Part shown: piece by piece, positions 39,348 to 48,888 of the stretch | How positions within the stretch are numbered: the first letter of the stretch is position 1 | Layout of the letters: each line of letters begins with the position of its first letter | DNA from: Candidatus Peregrinibacteria bacterium | Lineage (GTDB): Bacteria; Patescibacteriota; Gracilibacteria; UBA1369 | DNA length: 64,000 nucleotides | Assembly (NCBI GenBank): GCA_963708185.1 | Contig: OY970195.1 | Location: 160,001-224,000, forward strand | Reading direction: 5' to 3' | The notes under the pieces: generated by a model | What the model saw: the letters and a program-made list of their open reading frames with translations, nothing else | Database searches by the model: none | What the model was told of the DNA's origin: nothing | Program-made: the position numbers and the translations under genes

Positions 39348-39394
39348 AAATCAGGAAAAATGTTATAATATATGGTAAAAATAAAAAACAAAAT

Positions 39395-41527
39395 ATGCAA
39401 AAATTTATTCGTCATCTTCGTTTTTCCGCTTCTTTTTTTGAGCGTCGCTTGGTTTTCATGGCTGGACCCGAAAGTCCGGGTGAAGGGAATGAAAATAAAA
39501 AACCTCAAAATGCTCCGAAAGAAAGTGTTGATCTCGATAATGAAAACACGCCAGATAACGCTAAATTCGCTGAGCAGTTCAAGAAAGATTTCGCTGACAA
39601 GATTAAAGACAACCAAATGGTCGTCGACCACGTTCAGGATAACGTGACATATCGTTATACTTTTGAGATCAAAAAAGGTGAGGTCAAGATTCAAATCAAA
39701 AAAGTGAATGTCAGTGAACAGAAAGAGAAAGGAGAGACAAATCCTATCAGTACAGAGATCACTTTTTCACGTTTGTATTCCGGGAAAATTTTCGGGATGC
39801 CGGAAGTTCCTAAAGTTTTGGAAGAAAACAAAGCACAACCTGCTCAGCCGACTTTAGATGATGTTGGTAAGAAGATAAGTGAGGCGAAAAATTTCGATGA
39901 ATTCAAAAAAAGTCTTGGAAACACTCCTGATAATATGTTGAGCGAAGCGACATTTCAGAAAGTTTTGGCTGATTATTTTAAGAAGGTTCCAAGTACGGAT
40001 AAAGCACAAGCAGATCAAGTTTCTCAATGGGTTACCGGAACACAGTACCAAGGGAATCCAGCCAAGTTTGTGCAGGATCTGGATTCCGGCAAAGTCTTGG
40101 TCGATGATATGCGGAAAATTTTCGAAAATGCAAACATTCCGGTTGCGAAGAATAAAGAAAAGCAAGGGTCTCCTGAAGCCGGTTCGGAGCAATTGCTGGG
40201 AAAGGAGCAGGCTGAACAACAAATGACAGAAAAGGTGAATGCCATTTTGGCAAAATATGAAACCATGGATCCGAAAATTTTTACTGGTACCTATAAAACT
40301 GTTGAACAGCTTTTGGCAGTCGCTGCTAAGGAGGTTAACGATTTTAATACGGATTTTGCAAAAAAAGTTGACCCCAAAGCTCCTGCGGAAGTAAGGATAA
40401 AGGGCTTCCACATAAGCACGAAAGGTTCTGGGTTCAGTATCGCAGACGTCAGTAATATGAATGAAACCAATGCCTACGATTGGGCTCACAGGGTTTTCCT
40501 TGATAGATCCGAAGCAATAAGAAGCCCCGACGATTATAAAGAATGCTCCACGCTCATGCAGAGAATGACTGACTGCGTCAACGGAGAGGGTATTACATCC
40601 CTTGAATCTAAGATCGCGAATGGAAGCATTGATACACTTGAAAAGTTCAAGGCTGAAATCAACACCATGTTTGACACCTTTATTTCTAAAAAATTGAAAG
40701 CGAGTGATTACAGCCCGAAAGGTCGCGATATGAACATGTGGATTTCGCTTAAAGGTGTCCCTGTCCAGGTCATGTTCAAACAGAACGGAAATATTTCGTG
40801 GTCTTATAAGGGGTTTGAAAATGCTCTGGCTTACAGGTTTTTGGTCGGGACAACCGACAGCAATTCAAACTTGGCCAAGACACTGAAGTTTGATGATAAA
40901 AGTTTAGTTGAAAGAGCGAATCAGTTTGCCGAAGCCCAGCGGTTGACGAGAAATCTTGCCATATCAGCGTGGGCTGACAGTTTTCGGGGAGTGGCCTATA
41001 GTCTTGATATTTTTAAAAAAGGGGACGGTCTCGATTTTAACGCCATCGATGCCAAACTTGTACAAAATGTAGAGGGCATTCTGGCAAAATACCGATATGA
41101 CAGGAATTTATTGAAAGGTTTCGGATTCGGGCTCAATGACTATAATTTTGATTTTAAAGGGGAGCGATATAACTATCATTTCCGTTTTGATGAAAACGGC
41201 AAGCTGCTTATTGATCACACGAAAGAAAAAACCATGAATAAAGACCTTGCTGAGGCTGCGACGAAACAAAAAATGCAGGATTTTTTCAAGAAGTACCAGG
41301 ATATGCCTCCCAAAGAGTTTGCCGGCAAGTTCAAAAGTAACGATGAGTTTTACAAACAGTTTTTGGTCGATGTAGGTTCGTTCACCGATAGTTATGCCCT
41401 TGCTGAAAGAGACCAGAAACTTTATGTGGCGATGAACGGTTTTCATGTAGAAAAAACTGCCGGTTCATCGAGCATCGGGTATGACAACGATTCTTTCTAT
41501 CAACAGAAAAAGAAGGCGGCTGCTTAG
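39395..41527 (+). CDS. large Lys/Asp/Glu-rich hypothetical protein with N-terminal FERRLVF motif and internal repeat
   Basis: 710-aa ORF, AT-richer than its neighbours, with TGTTATAAT upstream. Confidence 0.8.
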   Translation: MQKFIRHLRFSASFFERRLVFMAGPESPGEGNENKKPQNAPKESVDLDNENTPDNAKFAEQFKKDFADKIKDNQMVVDHVQDNVTYRYTFEIKKGEVKIQIKKVNVSEQKEKGETNPISTEITFSRLYSGKIFGMPEVPKVLEENKAQPAQPTLDDVGKKISEAKNFDEFKKSLGNTPDNMLSEATFQKVLADYFKKVPSTDKAQADQVSQWVTGTQYQGNPAKFVQDLDSGKVLVDDMRKIFENANIPVAKNKEKQGSPEAGSEQLLGKEQAEQQMTEKVNAILAKYETMDPKIFTGTYKTVEQLLAVAAKEVNDFNTDFAKKVDPKAPAEVRIKGFHISTKGSGFSIADVSNMNETNAYDWAHRVFLDRSEAIRSPDDYKECSTLMQRMTDCVNGEGITSLESKIANGSIDTLEKFKAEINTMFDTFISKKLKASDYSPKGRDMNMWISLKGVPVQVMFKQNGNISWSYKGFENALAYRFLVGTTDSNSNLAKTLKFDDKSLVERANQFAEAQRLTRNLAISAWADSFRGVAYSLDIFKKGDGLDFNAIDAKLVQNVEGILAKYRYDRNLLKGFGFGLNDYNFDFKGERYNYHFRFDENGKLLIDHTKEKTMNKDLAEAATKQKMQDFFKKYQDMPPKEFAGKFKSNDEFYKQFLVDVGSFTDSYALAERDQKLYVAMNGFHVEKTAGSSSIGYDNDSFYQQKKKAAA

Positions 41528-41579
41528 GCTGTTACGAAGAAAGGCATACGTTTTTTACTTTGCATTCCAAATTTCCTTT

Positions 41580-42068
41580 TTAGCCCCCAGGTTTTGATTC
41601 ACCGCCTGAACTGTTTCCTCCACCTGGAGTTGATTCGCCTCCAGATGGGGTCGAGGGCGTGGTTTGTTGTGTTGTCGTTTGCTGTGCCGTCGGTGTTGTC
41701 AAAACAGTAGAAATGACCACCCTGACGATTCCATAGGCGAGCATGATGACGAGTAAGCCGATAATTGCCCATTCAAGCGTTTTTTTTGCGCCTTCGAGGG
41801 CGTTCTGGTCACCGTGGGAGGTCACATAGCGTAACCCGGAGATAGCAATGATCAAGATCGCAACCGGAGCCGCGAGATATAAAAGGCCGCCGGCGATGAG
41901 CTGCAGGAAGTAATTTCCGTAGTCAGCGGAGGTTCCTCCTTGGATGACCACCACCGGTGCATACTCTGGATGGAGATTCGGGTCCAGGCTAACCTGAGCT
42001 AATGCTGCCGGTATGGTCGCGGTGAGGAGCGTAAATACCAGGCCGATGATGGTGAAGAATTTTTTCAT
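41580..42068 (-). CDS. VirB2/TrbC-like (T4SS-type) pilin 5
   Basis: Signal peptide ending ALA, TM hairpin GLRYVTSHGD....AKKTL.WAIIGL. Start at 42068 overlaps the upstream stop (ATGA). Confidence 0.82.
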   Translation of the reverse strand: MKKFFTIIGLVFTLLTATIPAALAQVSLDPNLHPEYAPVVVIQGGTSADYGNYFLQLIAGGLLYLAAPVAILIIAISGLRYVTSHGDQNALEGAKKTLEWAIIGLLVIMLAYGIVRVVISTVLTTPTAQQTTTQQTTPSTPSGGESTPGGGNSSGGESKPGG

Positions 42069-42529
42069 GCGGTTGTGCTGAACTGGAGTTGGGAAATGCC
42101 AAGAACGATTGCGTAGGAAAGGGCGATGATGCCCAGCGCGAGAATGGACCACACGAGGATACCTTTGCCTTTCTTGATCTGGTCTTCGTTTCCTCTCGCC
42201 GAAACCATCAATATACCTGCGTAGGTGAAGGAGATGAAAGCGATACCTCCGGTAATTTGCAGCAGAAACTTGATGATGTTGGTGAGGGTGGTCTGCCAGT
42301 CGCTGCTTGTGCTTTTGGCGATGTTGGACACGATGCCGATTTTTGACTGGTCTCCGTTCGGCGCTCCGCTTGTATAGTTGAAAGGTCGGAAAAGATCATT
42401 GACGCTTGTCGGAGCGGTCGGAGTTGTTGTGTTTGTCGTGTCGTCCGCCAAGGTTACTGATGCCGTTAAGGCAGAAATGCCGGCGCCCAGGAGGAGCAAC
42501 ATAAACAAACTGTAGAATTTTTTAAACAT
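42065..42529 (-). CDS. VirB2/TrbC-like pilin 4
   Basis: Signal peptide; YAGILMVSARGNEDQIKKGK.IL.WSILAL. Confidence 0.82.
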   Translation of the reverse strand: MFKKFYSLFMLLLLGAGISALTASVTLADDTTNTTTPTAPTSVNDLFRPFNYTSGAPNGDQSKIGIVSNIAKSTSSDWQTTLTNIIKFLLQITGGIAFISFTYAGILMVSARGNEDQIKKGKGILVWSILALGIIALSYAIVLGISQLQFSTTA

Positions 42530-42531
42530 CG

Positions 42532-42969
42532 TTAGATTTTGATGGAAGTAATGATCTGGACGATGGCGAACGAGAGTATGGCGATCAGGAGCCCCGCCAG
42601 TGCCCAGGTGATGGTCTTTTTGGCAGCCCCGATTTTTTCTTCGCTGCCGTAGGCGGTGAGGATCTGGATGCCTCCGATGATGACAAAAAGCAACGAAAGA
42701 CCTCCGGTCAGGCCGATGACGATGTTGGTGAATGCGGGGATGACATCTTGCTGCAATGCCTGAGGGTTATCCTTTCCGACGCCTGGCAGTTTGAGCGTGG
42801 AAATGTCGATCTGCCCAGTAGCCGGTTTTGTTTGTACGTTCGTTCCTTCCGGGATAATCGGCGGTTTGGTCAAGGTGAGTCCGCTCGTGTCGTCGGCGAG
42901 CGCCAGCCCGCTTCCGGCCATGGCCATGAGGGTCAGCACTCCAACAATGGTGAGAAAGATTTTTTTCAT
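42532..42969 (-). CDS. VirB2/TrbC-like pilin 3
   Basis: Signal peptide ending ALA; GGIQILTAYGSEEKI..AKKTITWALAGL. Confidence 0.82.
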   Translation of the reverse strand: MKKIFLTIVGVLTLMAMAGSGLALADDTSGLTLTKPPIIPEGTNVQTKPATGQIDISTLKLPGVGKDNPQALQQDVIPAFTNIVIGLTGGLSLLFVIIGGIQILTAYGSEEKIGAAKKTITWALAGLLIAILSFAIVQIITSIKI

Positions 42970-42970
42970 C

Positions 42971-43543
42971 TTAACCTGCGGTAAAAAAGTTTGGGTTGAT
43001 GGTATAGAGAATCAGCGCGGAAAGGAACAGCAGGACCAAGCCGGCCAGGGACTGAATGATGCGTTCTTTGGCTTTTTCGGTTTTACCCTGGTCTCCTCCG
43101 GCCGTTGAAATTTCGATGCCGCCCCAGACCAGTAAAAGGACCGTGACGATGCCGATGGTCCCTGCAGCCCATTTATAGATGGTTCCGACGTAAGTGTAGA
43201 GCAGCTCCGCCCCGGACTTGGTAAAGAAGATCTGTACGCGCTGGCAGGTCGCCGAATCCGGGTTGCAGGTGATTGTGTATGTTGTGGTGGTTTGATTGGT
43301 GGTGCTGTCCGTCGTGGTTTGACGAAAGCAGTTTTTGACGTTTCCTGAGCTTGAGTTGGTTTGACCGATCTGTTCTTCGAGTACGGTGATGATATAGCCC
43401 TGGGTTTTGTCCGGGTGATTGAAGTCGTCACAGCTCGGGTTTTGCAGAGCTGCGTGAGAGACGTTTGCTGTTTGCAAAAACATCATTGCAAGTGCTGCAA
43501 CCTGAACCGCGACAATCATGAGTTTAGGTTTTTGGGATTTCAT
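42971..43543 (-). CDS. VirB2/TrbC-like pilin 2 (Cys-containing variable region)
   Basis: Signal peptide ending SHA; WGGIEISTAGGD.....KAKERIIQSLAGL...LYTINPNFF. Confidence 0.82.
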   Translation of the reverse strand: MKSQKPKLMIVAVQVAALAMMFLQTANVSHAALQNPSCDDFNHPDKTQGYIITVLEEQIGQTNSSSGNVKNCFRQTTTDSTTNQTTTTYTITCNPDSATCQRVQIFFTKSGAELLYTYVGTIYKWAAGTIGIVTVLLLVWGGIEISTAGGDQGKTEKAKERIIQSLAGLVLLFLSALILYTINPNFFTAG

Positions 43544-43979
43544 AGAAAAGACTTTGAACGAATGCAGTGATGACGTAGGAAAGAAGGGCTACAGCCAGGC
43601 CGATGAGGGCCATTTTGATAATGTCTTTGCCTTTGGTAAGCTGGTTTTCGTTGCCGTGCGAGGTCATGAGGAAAAATCCTCCGATCACGATGGCCACGAA
43701 CGAAAGTGAACCGATGGTGAGCGTAAGGAAGTTGATAATTTCGATAATGAAACTTCCAACCGGGTTCCCGGTTTTGAGGTAGGACTGTTTCTGTCCCGAT
43801 GCTGTCAGATAACTTGATACATTAAAAGAAGCTGAAGATGCGCCGGTGTCGGTCGTTCCATTCGTTGAGCTGTCCGCCGCAAGCACCGCTCCATGCATCC
43901 CAAGTACGAGCGCGACGCTCAACACCGTCTGGATGGCGAGTGTGGCGAAAGACATGTTTTTGAAAAGGTTTTTGCGCAT
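43524..43979 (-). CDS. VirB2/TrbC-like pilin 1
   Basis: Signal peptide ending VLA; GGFFLMTSHGNENQLTKGKDIIKMALIGL. Start uncertain (43979 or 44015). Confidence 0.8.
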   Translation of the reverse strand: MRKNLFKNMSFATLAIQTVLSVALVLGMHGAVLAADSSTNGTTDTGASSASFNVSSYLTASGQKQSYLKTGNPVGSFIIEIINFLTLTIGSLSFVAIVIGGFFLMTSHGNENQLTKGKDIIKMALIGLAVALLSYVITAFVQSLFYEIPKT

Positions 43980-44156
43980 GGTTCGGTTTTTATTTTTATC
44001 TATATATTTTAGCATTTTTTGGCTTTTTTGACAATAAAGAAAGGGTTCCGGGGTCGTGGAATCCAGTGACACTTGTCTTGGTGATGAATTTTGGCTATGC
44101 TGTTTGCGTTTTCAGGCCTTTAGCTTAAGCTGTAAGGCCCTCAGTTGACACTTTTT

Positions 44157-44233
44157 GGGCCTTTAGCTCAGTTGGCTAGAGCGCTTCCATGGCATGGAAG
44201 AGGCCAGGGGTTCAAGTCCCCTAAGGTCCACCA
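44157..44233 (+). tRNA. tRNA-Ala(GGC)
   Basis: Cloverleaf with acceptor GGGCCTT/AAGGTCC (G3:U70 Ala identity pair), anticodon arm CTTCC-ATGGCAT-GGAAG, GGTTCAAGTCC T-arm and encoded CCA. Confidence 0.96.
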
Positions 44234-44264
44234 AAGTTTTTCAGATTGGAAAATCCTGATCAAA

Positions 44265-45317
44265 TTACGCTTCAGGTTCGAACTCCTGAGGGAGGTTCGC
44301 CATAGCCTCTTCTTCGCTGATGAGGTCGGCTTCCAGAAGGTCCGTAATGGATTTTTTCATCGTCTGCATGCCTTCCTTGAAGCCCGTTTCGATGGCTGAA
44401 TCGATCTGGTGCGTCTTGGATTTGCGGATCATGTTGGCGATGGCGTTGTTGTTGAACATGATTTCAAGCGCCGCGATGCGTCCTTTGCCGTCTTTGGTTT
44501 TGACGAGGTTCTGCCAGATGACGGCGCGGAGACTTTCGGAAAGCTGCGCGCGGATCTGGTTCTGCTGTTCAAAGGGGAAGGCATCAATGATGCGGTCGAC
44601 GGATTTGGCCGCGCCGCTGGTGTGCAGGGTGGCGAGGACGAGCTGCCCGGTTTCGGCTGCGGTAATGGCCAGTGCAATGGTTTCCAGGTCACGCATTTCA
44701 CCGATGTAGACGACGTCCGGGTCTTCACGGAGTACCGAGCGGAGCGCGTTGTGGAAGCTCTTGGTATGGGTTTTGACTTCGCGCTGTTCGAAAATGGATT
44801 TCTTGTTCTGGTGAACGAATTCAATCGGGTCCTCAACGGTGATGATATGGGCAGCCTCATTGACGTTGATTTCGTTGAGGACCGCCGCCATGGTGGTCGA
44901 TTTACCGGAACCGGTCGGCCCGGTGACGATGATGAGACCGTTGTTGAATCCGGGGATTTTTTTAAGTTGTTCGGGAAGCCCGAGCTCGTCGAGACTGTAA
45001 ACGACTTCGGGGATCAAACGAAAAGCCGCGCCCATACCTTTGCGTTGGACGAACATGTTGACGCGGAAGCGGGCGACGTTTTCGATGTCCACCGAAAAAT
45101 CCAGGTCCAGATTCTGGACGAAGAATTTTTTCTGTTCGTCCGTCATCATTTCCAGGAGATAATCTTCCGCCATTTTTTTGGTGAGGACGGGGTGCTCGTC
45201 GATCAAAACGAGGTCGCCGTTAATGCGCAGCACGGGTTTGGAACCTGTCGTGATGTACACGTCGGAAGCCTTGTACTGGACGGCTGTCCTGAAGATTTTT
45301 TCAAGTTGTACTGCCAT
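44265..45317 (-). CDS. pilT: type IV pilus retraction ATPase PilT
   Basis: GPTGSGKSTT, EDPIE, LREDPD, GEMRD, TLH, AIANMIR (AIRNLIRE-like), GMQT. Confidence 0.93.
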   Translation of the reverse strand: MAVQLEKIFRTAVQYKASDVYITTGSKPVLRINGDLVLIDEHPVLTKKMAEDYLLEMMTDEQKKFFVQNLDLDFSVDIENVARFRVNMFVQRKGMGAAFRLIPEVVYSLDELGLPEQLKKIPGFNNGLIIVTGPTGSGKSTTMAAVLNEINVNEAAHIITVEDPIEFVHQNKKSIFEQREVKTHTKSFHNALRSVLREDPDVVYIGEMRDLETIALAITAAETGQLVLATLHTSGAAKSVDRIIDAFPFEQQNQIRAQLSESLRAVIWQNLVKTKDGKGRIAALEIMFNNNAIANMIRKSKTHQIDSAIETGFKEGMQTMKKSITDLLEADLISEEEAMANLPQEFEPEA

Positions 45318-45389
45318 AGTTGTAGGGTTTTATTTTTATTTTTGGTTTTTTTGCGGTATTTTTTGCCTCGAGCTCTTGAGCTGTTTTCT

Positions 45390-45965
45390 TTAAATGTCGA
45401 GGTCTTCAAAGTCTTTGTCTTCTTCGTCATCGAGGCTTTTGGGAAGAACGTTTTCGATGGCCGCCCATTCGCTGTCTTCAAGTTCCGGGATGATGATGGT
45501 GACGCGGTCACCGACTTCAGCGCGGAAATAGGTCACTGATGCCAGAAGCACCTTGAAGGCTTTGCTGTTGGCGATGACTTTGTACTGGCCGTTTTCGTAA
45601 GTGAGCGTTCCGATGATTTTTTTGCGTTCGATCGGGCCGATCTGTTTGTAGACGAAAGAGCCGTCTTCCATGATCGTCAGTTTCAAAATGTCCCCCGGGA
45701 CAAGTTTGGATTTGCTCGCATAGTTTGCGGGGACTGAGTAGGTTTTTTTGTCGGGGCCGATCATGTTTTGACCGTCAAAAACGCCTTCGATGACATGGCG
45801 TTCACTATTGCTGGACATGGAGCCGACTTTTTCGGCCATGGCAGTATACTGGGTTTTTCCGGGACCTCCGGTCATTTCCTGAAGAATCTGTTTGGCCGAA
45901 CGTAAGTTGGCTTCTGCAGAATCCAGCATTTCCTTAAGAAGGGCGATTTTCGAAGCTTGTGACAT
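45390..45965 (-). CDS. conserved hypothetical protein of the type seen in CPR genomes
   Basis: IEGVFDGQNMIG, VPANYASKSKLV.GD.LKLTI..DGSFVYKQIGP motif (family recalled from CPR genomes, function unknown). Confidence 0.8.
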   Translation of the reverse strand: MSQASKIALLKEMLDSAEANLRSAKQILQEMTGGPGKTQYTAMAEKVGSMSSNSERHVIEGVFDGQNMIGPDKKTYSVPANYASKSKLVPGDILKLTIMEDGSFVYKQIGPIERKKIIGTLTYENGQYKVIANSKAFKVLLASVTYFRAEVGDRVTIIIPELEDSEWAAIENVLPKSLDDEEDKDFEDLDI

Positions 45966-46084
45966 TTTGTTTCTTTTAAGGATTTGGTTTTGCTTTTATT
46001 TATTCGGCACTTTTGTCGGTTTTTCCTCTTTTCTTAAGTATACCAGATTTGGCCTTTTTCTTCAACCCGTTTCAGCGGGCTTGA

Positions 46085-46456
46085 TCAGGTTGAGGCACCG
46101 GGACTTTTTTCTTTGTTTTCAACGAGGCTTTGCAGTACGGCGCGGCGGGTGGTTCCGATGTTGGAGAAGATGCGGAAGGTGAAGACGAAGGTGGCGGCAA
46201 GGTAGAGGTCAAGCCCGAGTTTGTCCCCGAGCAGCGTGATGGCGATGGAAAGGATGATGTTGAAAAAAAGACCCGTAATGAAAATAATGGCGTCGAAACG
46301 ATCGTTGGTGATCTCGGCTCTGATGGCTCCAAAAAGCGCATCCAGAATGCCCATGATGACCACCGCGGAGTATTTGGTGAGTTCCAGCGGGATAGGGAAG
46401 TTGATGCCTAGCCCGAGGACGATACCGATGACGATGCCGACAATTGCCCAGATCAT
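46085..46456 (-). CDS. small basic protein / DUF1290 family membrane protein
   Basis: KY.AV.I.GILDALFGAIRA, F..GLFFN, LGDKLGLDLYLAA...F..RIF.N. Follows ftsQ-like, as in the divIB-sbp locus. Confidence 0.85.
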   Translation of the reverse strand: MIWAIVGIVIGIVLGLGINFPIPLELTKYSAVVIMGILDALFGAIRAEITNDRFDAIIFITGLFFNIILSIAITLLGDKLGLDLYLAATFVFTFRIFSNIGTTRRAVLQSLVENKEKSPGAST

Positions 46457-46499
46457 TGAAAAAGAATCAAGAAATGAGAAGAAAGAAAAAAGAGGTTTT

Positions 46500-47453
46500 T
46501 TAGGCTCGAGGCTTGTATATGACTTTTTCATTGTCCGTCCCGGAGATCCTTAAGTCAATATATTCGAGCGGAGTGTTATAGATGTCGAGTTTTGGGAGAG
46601 CTTTTTTGAGCTTGTCCAGCTGGGCGTTGAGGTCTTTTTCCATGTCGATCCAGACCATGAAGTTTTTTTCGGTCTGGAGGTGGACTTCGCGTTCGCGCAC
46701 GTGGTATTCGGCGTTGAGGATTTTCATCGAAAATTTTTCCTGGAACGACGTGACCGCATTGAGGATATAGTTGAGTTTGTCCTGATCGATGGCGTCGGTA
46801 TGGACACTGAACACCTCGTTCGTGAAGATTTTTATGTACGGAAGATCGGGATTGTCGATATTCTCGTCGGTCAGGAAGCCCTGGCTGTCCACGAGGAATT
46901 TCTTCTGGATGCCCTCCACGACATTCACTATGTTAGCAACAATCGGATATTTTTCAATTTGTAGCCGGATTTTCTGGGGGAATATTTTATTGACGATGAT
47001 TTTTTTGAACTCCGGATGGATGGCGCGGACGTCATTGACGATCTGCTGCTGGTCGACAAAGATGAGGTTCTGGTTCTTTTCTTTTTTGAGCAGGGCGTTG
47101 AGGTCGTCTTCGGTCGTCACTTTCGTCCCGTCTTCGACGATATCCCAGGTTTTGACGTCAAAAAAATTTGAGAACCCCACGAGGTAGATAATCCCGATGA
47201 GTACGGCCAGTCCAACCAGAAGAGTGAGCGTTTTTTTCGCTTTGGAAACGGTTCGCGGCTGGATGGTGGGCATCACCAGCGTTTTTTTTCTTTTTCCTCG
47301 TTTAAAGAACTTGCTCGGTACGATGGCTTTTTTTACGTACGGTGAGCGAAGTTCGGCAATTCGACTTGAAGTGCCGCTTTTTTTACCCCTGAAGAGGGAT
47401 TTTTTCTCTCTCCCGGGGATCTTCGATTTTTTTCTGAATGGGAAAATCCCCAT
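46500..47453 (-). CDS. ftsQ: cell division protein FtsQ/DivIB-like
   Basis: Basic cytoplasmic tail, TM, POTRA-like region (NLIFVD...K.FP.KIR.QI), C-terminal YIDLR. Start placed at MGIFPF. Confidence 0.8.
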   Translation of the reverse strand: MGIFPFRKKSKIPGREKKSLFRGKKSGTSSRIAELRSPYVKKAIVPSKFFKRGKRKKTLVMPTIQPRTVSKAKKTLTLLVGLAVLIGIIYLVGFSNFFDVKTWDIVEDGTKVTTEDDLNALLKKEKNQNLIFVDQQQIVNDVRAIHPEFKKIIVNKIFPQKIRLQIEKYPIVANIVNVVEGIQKKFLVDSQGFLTDENIDNPDLPYIKIFTNEVFSVHTDAIDQDKLNYILNAVTSFQEKFSMKILNAEYHVREREVHLQTEKNFMVWIDMEKDLNAQLDKLKKALPKLDIYNTPLEYIDLRISGTDNEKVIYKPRA

Positions 47454-47475
47454 GGTGGTCGCAAAAACGTGCCAC

Positions 47476-48789
47476 CTAAAAATAAAGGAAACCGACGATC
47501 GTGACAAGGAAAAGTCCCGCAAATACCTTCAGAAGAGGTTTGAAGAGTTTTTTGTTTCCGAAGAGCAGGACCAGAAAGGCTTTCTGGAACATATTGAGGA
47601 ACATTACCAGCAGGATGACGTTCTTGGCCTGGGTCATGGTGATCAGTTTTCCGGCGCTCGCGGCTGATGAAATGACGAAAGGGTCGTCGATGGCGAAGAA
47701 CGCCGTGAGCGCCGCGATGATGTAGTAGAAGTTGACGCTGGCGTAGGTCAGGACGAGCTTGGCGATGAGCAACGCTCCGGAAATGAATCCTCCCATTTTC
47801 AGCGCTTGCATGAGTTCGAAAGGCGTCTTGAGCTTCATCGCTTTCGCCGGTTTGATACCGGATTTCTTTTTGTGGAAGTAAAGGTAAGCGCCCGCTCCCA
47901 TCAAGTAGAGCGCCATCAGCAGGACCGGAATGAACGTCCGGTTGAAAAGTTCAGCGTTGAGTGCCCGGATGAAAATGAACGTTCTGGTGAAACTGATACC
48001 GCAGGCGAAGATGATTCCGGTCACGAACGGCGTCGTTATTTCCGGATGTTTTTTGCTTTGTTGCGACAGGGAAAGCGAGGTGGCGGTACTGGAATACAGA
48101 CCGCCGATGAGTCCGGAAATGCTGATGCCTTTTCTGTTTCCGATAGTTTTGATGAGGATGTAGCCGAGAAAACTTATGCCGGATACAAGGACCACCAGAA
48201 ACCAGATATTGTAAGGGTTGAGGACCTGGATCTGGTCGAAAGCCGCCGGAGGCGGCGTGTTGGGGAAGAAAGCGTTGTAAATCGTGTGGTCGTAGTATTG
48301 ATTTGGCAGGAAAGGCAGGATGATAAACGCAATGATGGCGAATTTGACGGTGTCATAGATTTCATGGGTGTTGATTTTCATGACAGCATGGTGGAGTACC
48401 GTCTTGATCGAAAGGATCAAAGTCACAAGGATGGCAAGAATAACCGCCAATTGCATATATCCGTCCATGGCCATTGCTCCGAGTAAAAAGACCACGATCG
48501 TACTGATTTCCGTGGTGATACCGATTCTTTTCAGTGCAATGGCAAGGTAGATGTAACTGGAGAGCACGAACAGAATCAGGGCAATAAAACAGACCAGAAA
48601 GAATACGGGGTTGACGGTTTTTCCTAAAAAAGCCGATATTGCCCCAAACAGACAGATCAAAATGTCTGTTCTGATGCCGATCTGGCTGACGCCCTGTTTG
48701 TACTGTTTCGCTTTTTCTCTCTCCAATCCGATGAGCGCCCCGATGATGATGCTCGCTCCGATGGCAATGAGAATATTTAAGATATCCAT
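47476..48789 (-). CDS. MgtC/SapB family membrane protein with DUF4010
   Basis: GALIGLERE, GIRT, GITTE, ILPFLPN, NPYNIW..V, GGLYSSTATS. Confidence 0.88.
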   Translation of the reverse strand: MDILNILIAIGASIIIGALIGLEREKAKQYKQGVSQIGIRTDILICLFGAISAFLGKTVNPVFFLVCFIALILFVLSSYIYLAIALKRIGITTEISTIVVFLLGAMAMDGYMQLAVILAILVTLILSIKTVLHHAVMKINTHEIYDTVKFAIIAFIILPFLPNQYYDHTIYNAFFPNTPPPAAFDQIQVLNPYNIWFLVVLVSGISFLGYILIKTIGNRKGISISGLIGGLYSSTATSLSLSQQSKKHPEITTPFVTGIIFACGISFTRTFIFIRALNAELFNRTFIPVLLMALYLMGAGAYLYFHKKKSGIKPAKAMKLKTPFELMQALKMGGFISGALLIAKLVLTYASVNFYYIIAALTAFFAIDDPFVISSAASAGKLITMTQAKNVILLVMFLNMFQKAFLVLLFGNKKLFKPLLKVFAGLFLVTIVGFLYF

Positions 48790-48836
48790 GGGGTTTTTAT
48801 GTTTGTTTTATCATGTCATTATAACATTTTCCATAC

Positions 48837-48867
48837 AAAAAAGGAACCTTCCCGAAGGACAGGTTCC
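48837..48867 (-). terminator. intrinsic terminator of the small basic protein gene
   Basis: Minus strand GGAACCTGTCC-TTCG-GGAAGGTTCC followed by TTTTTT (cUUCGg loop). Confidence 0.85.
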
Positions 48868-48888
48868 TGAAGCTGTTTGCGAAAAGAA

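Noticed and set aside
44157-44233. tRNA-Ala as an integration site of a mobile element carrying the pilin array
   Set aside because: No integrase, relaxase or distant direct repeat of the tRNA 3' end was seen in the window.
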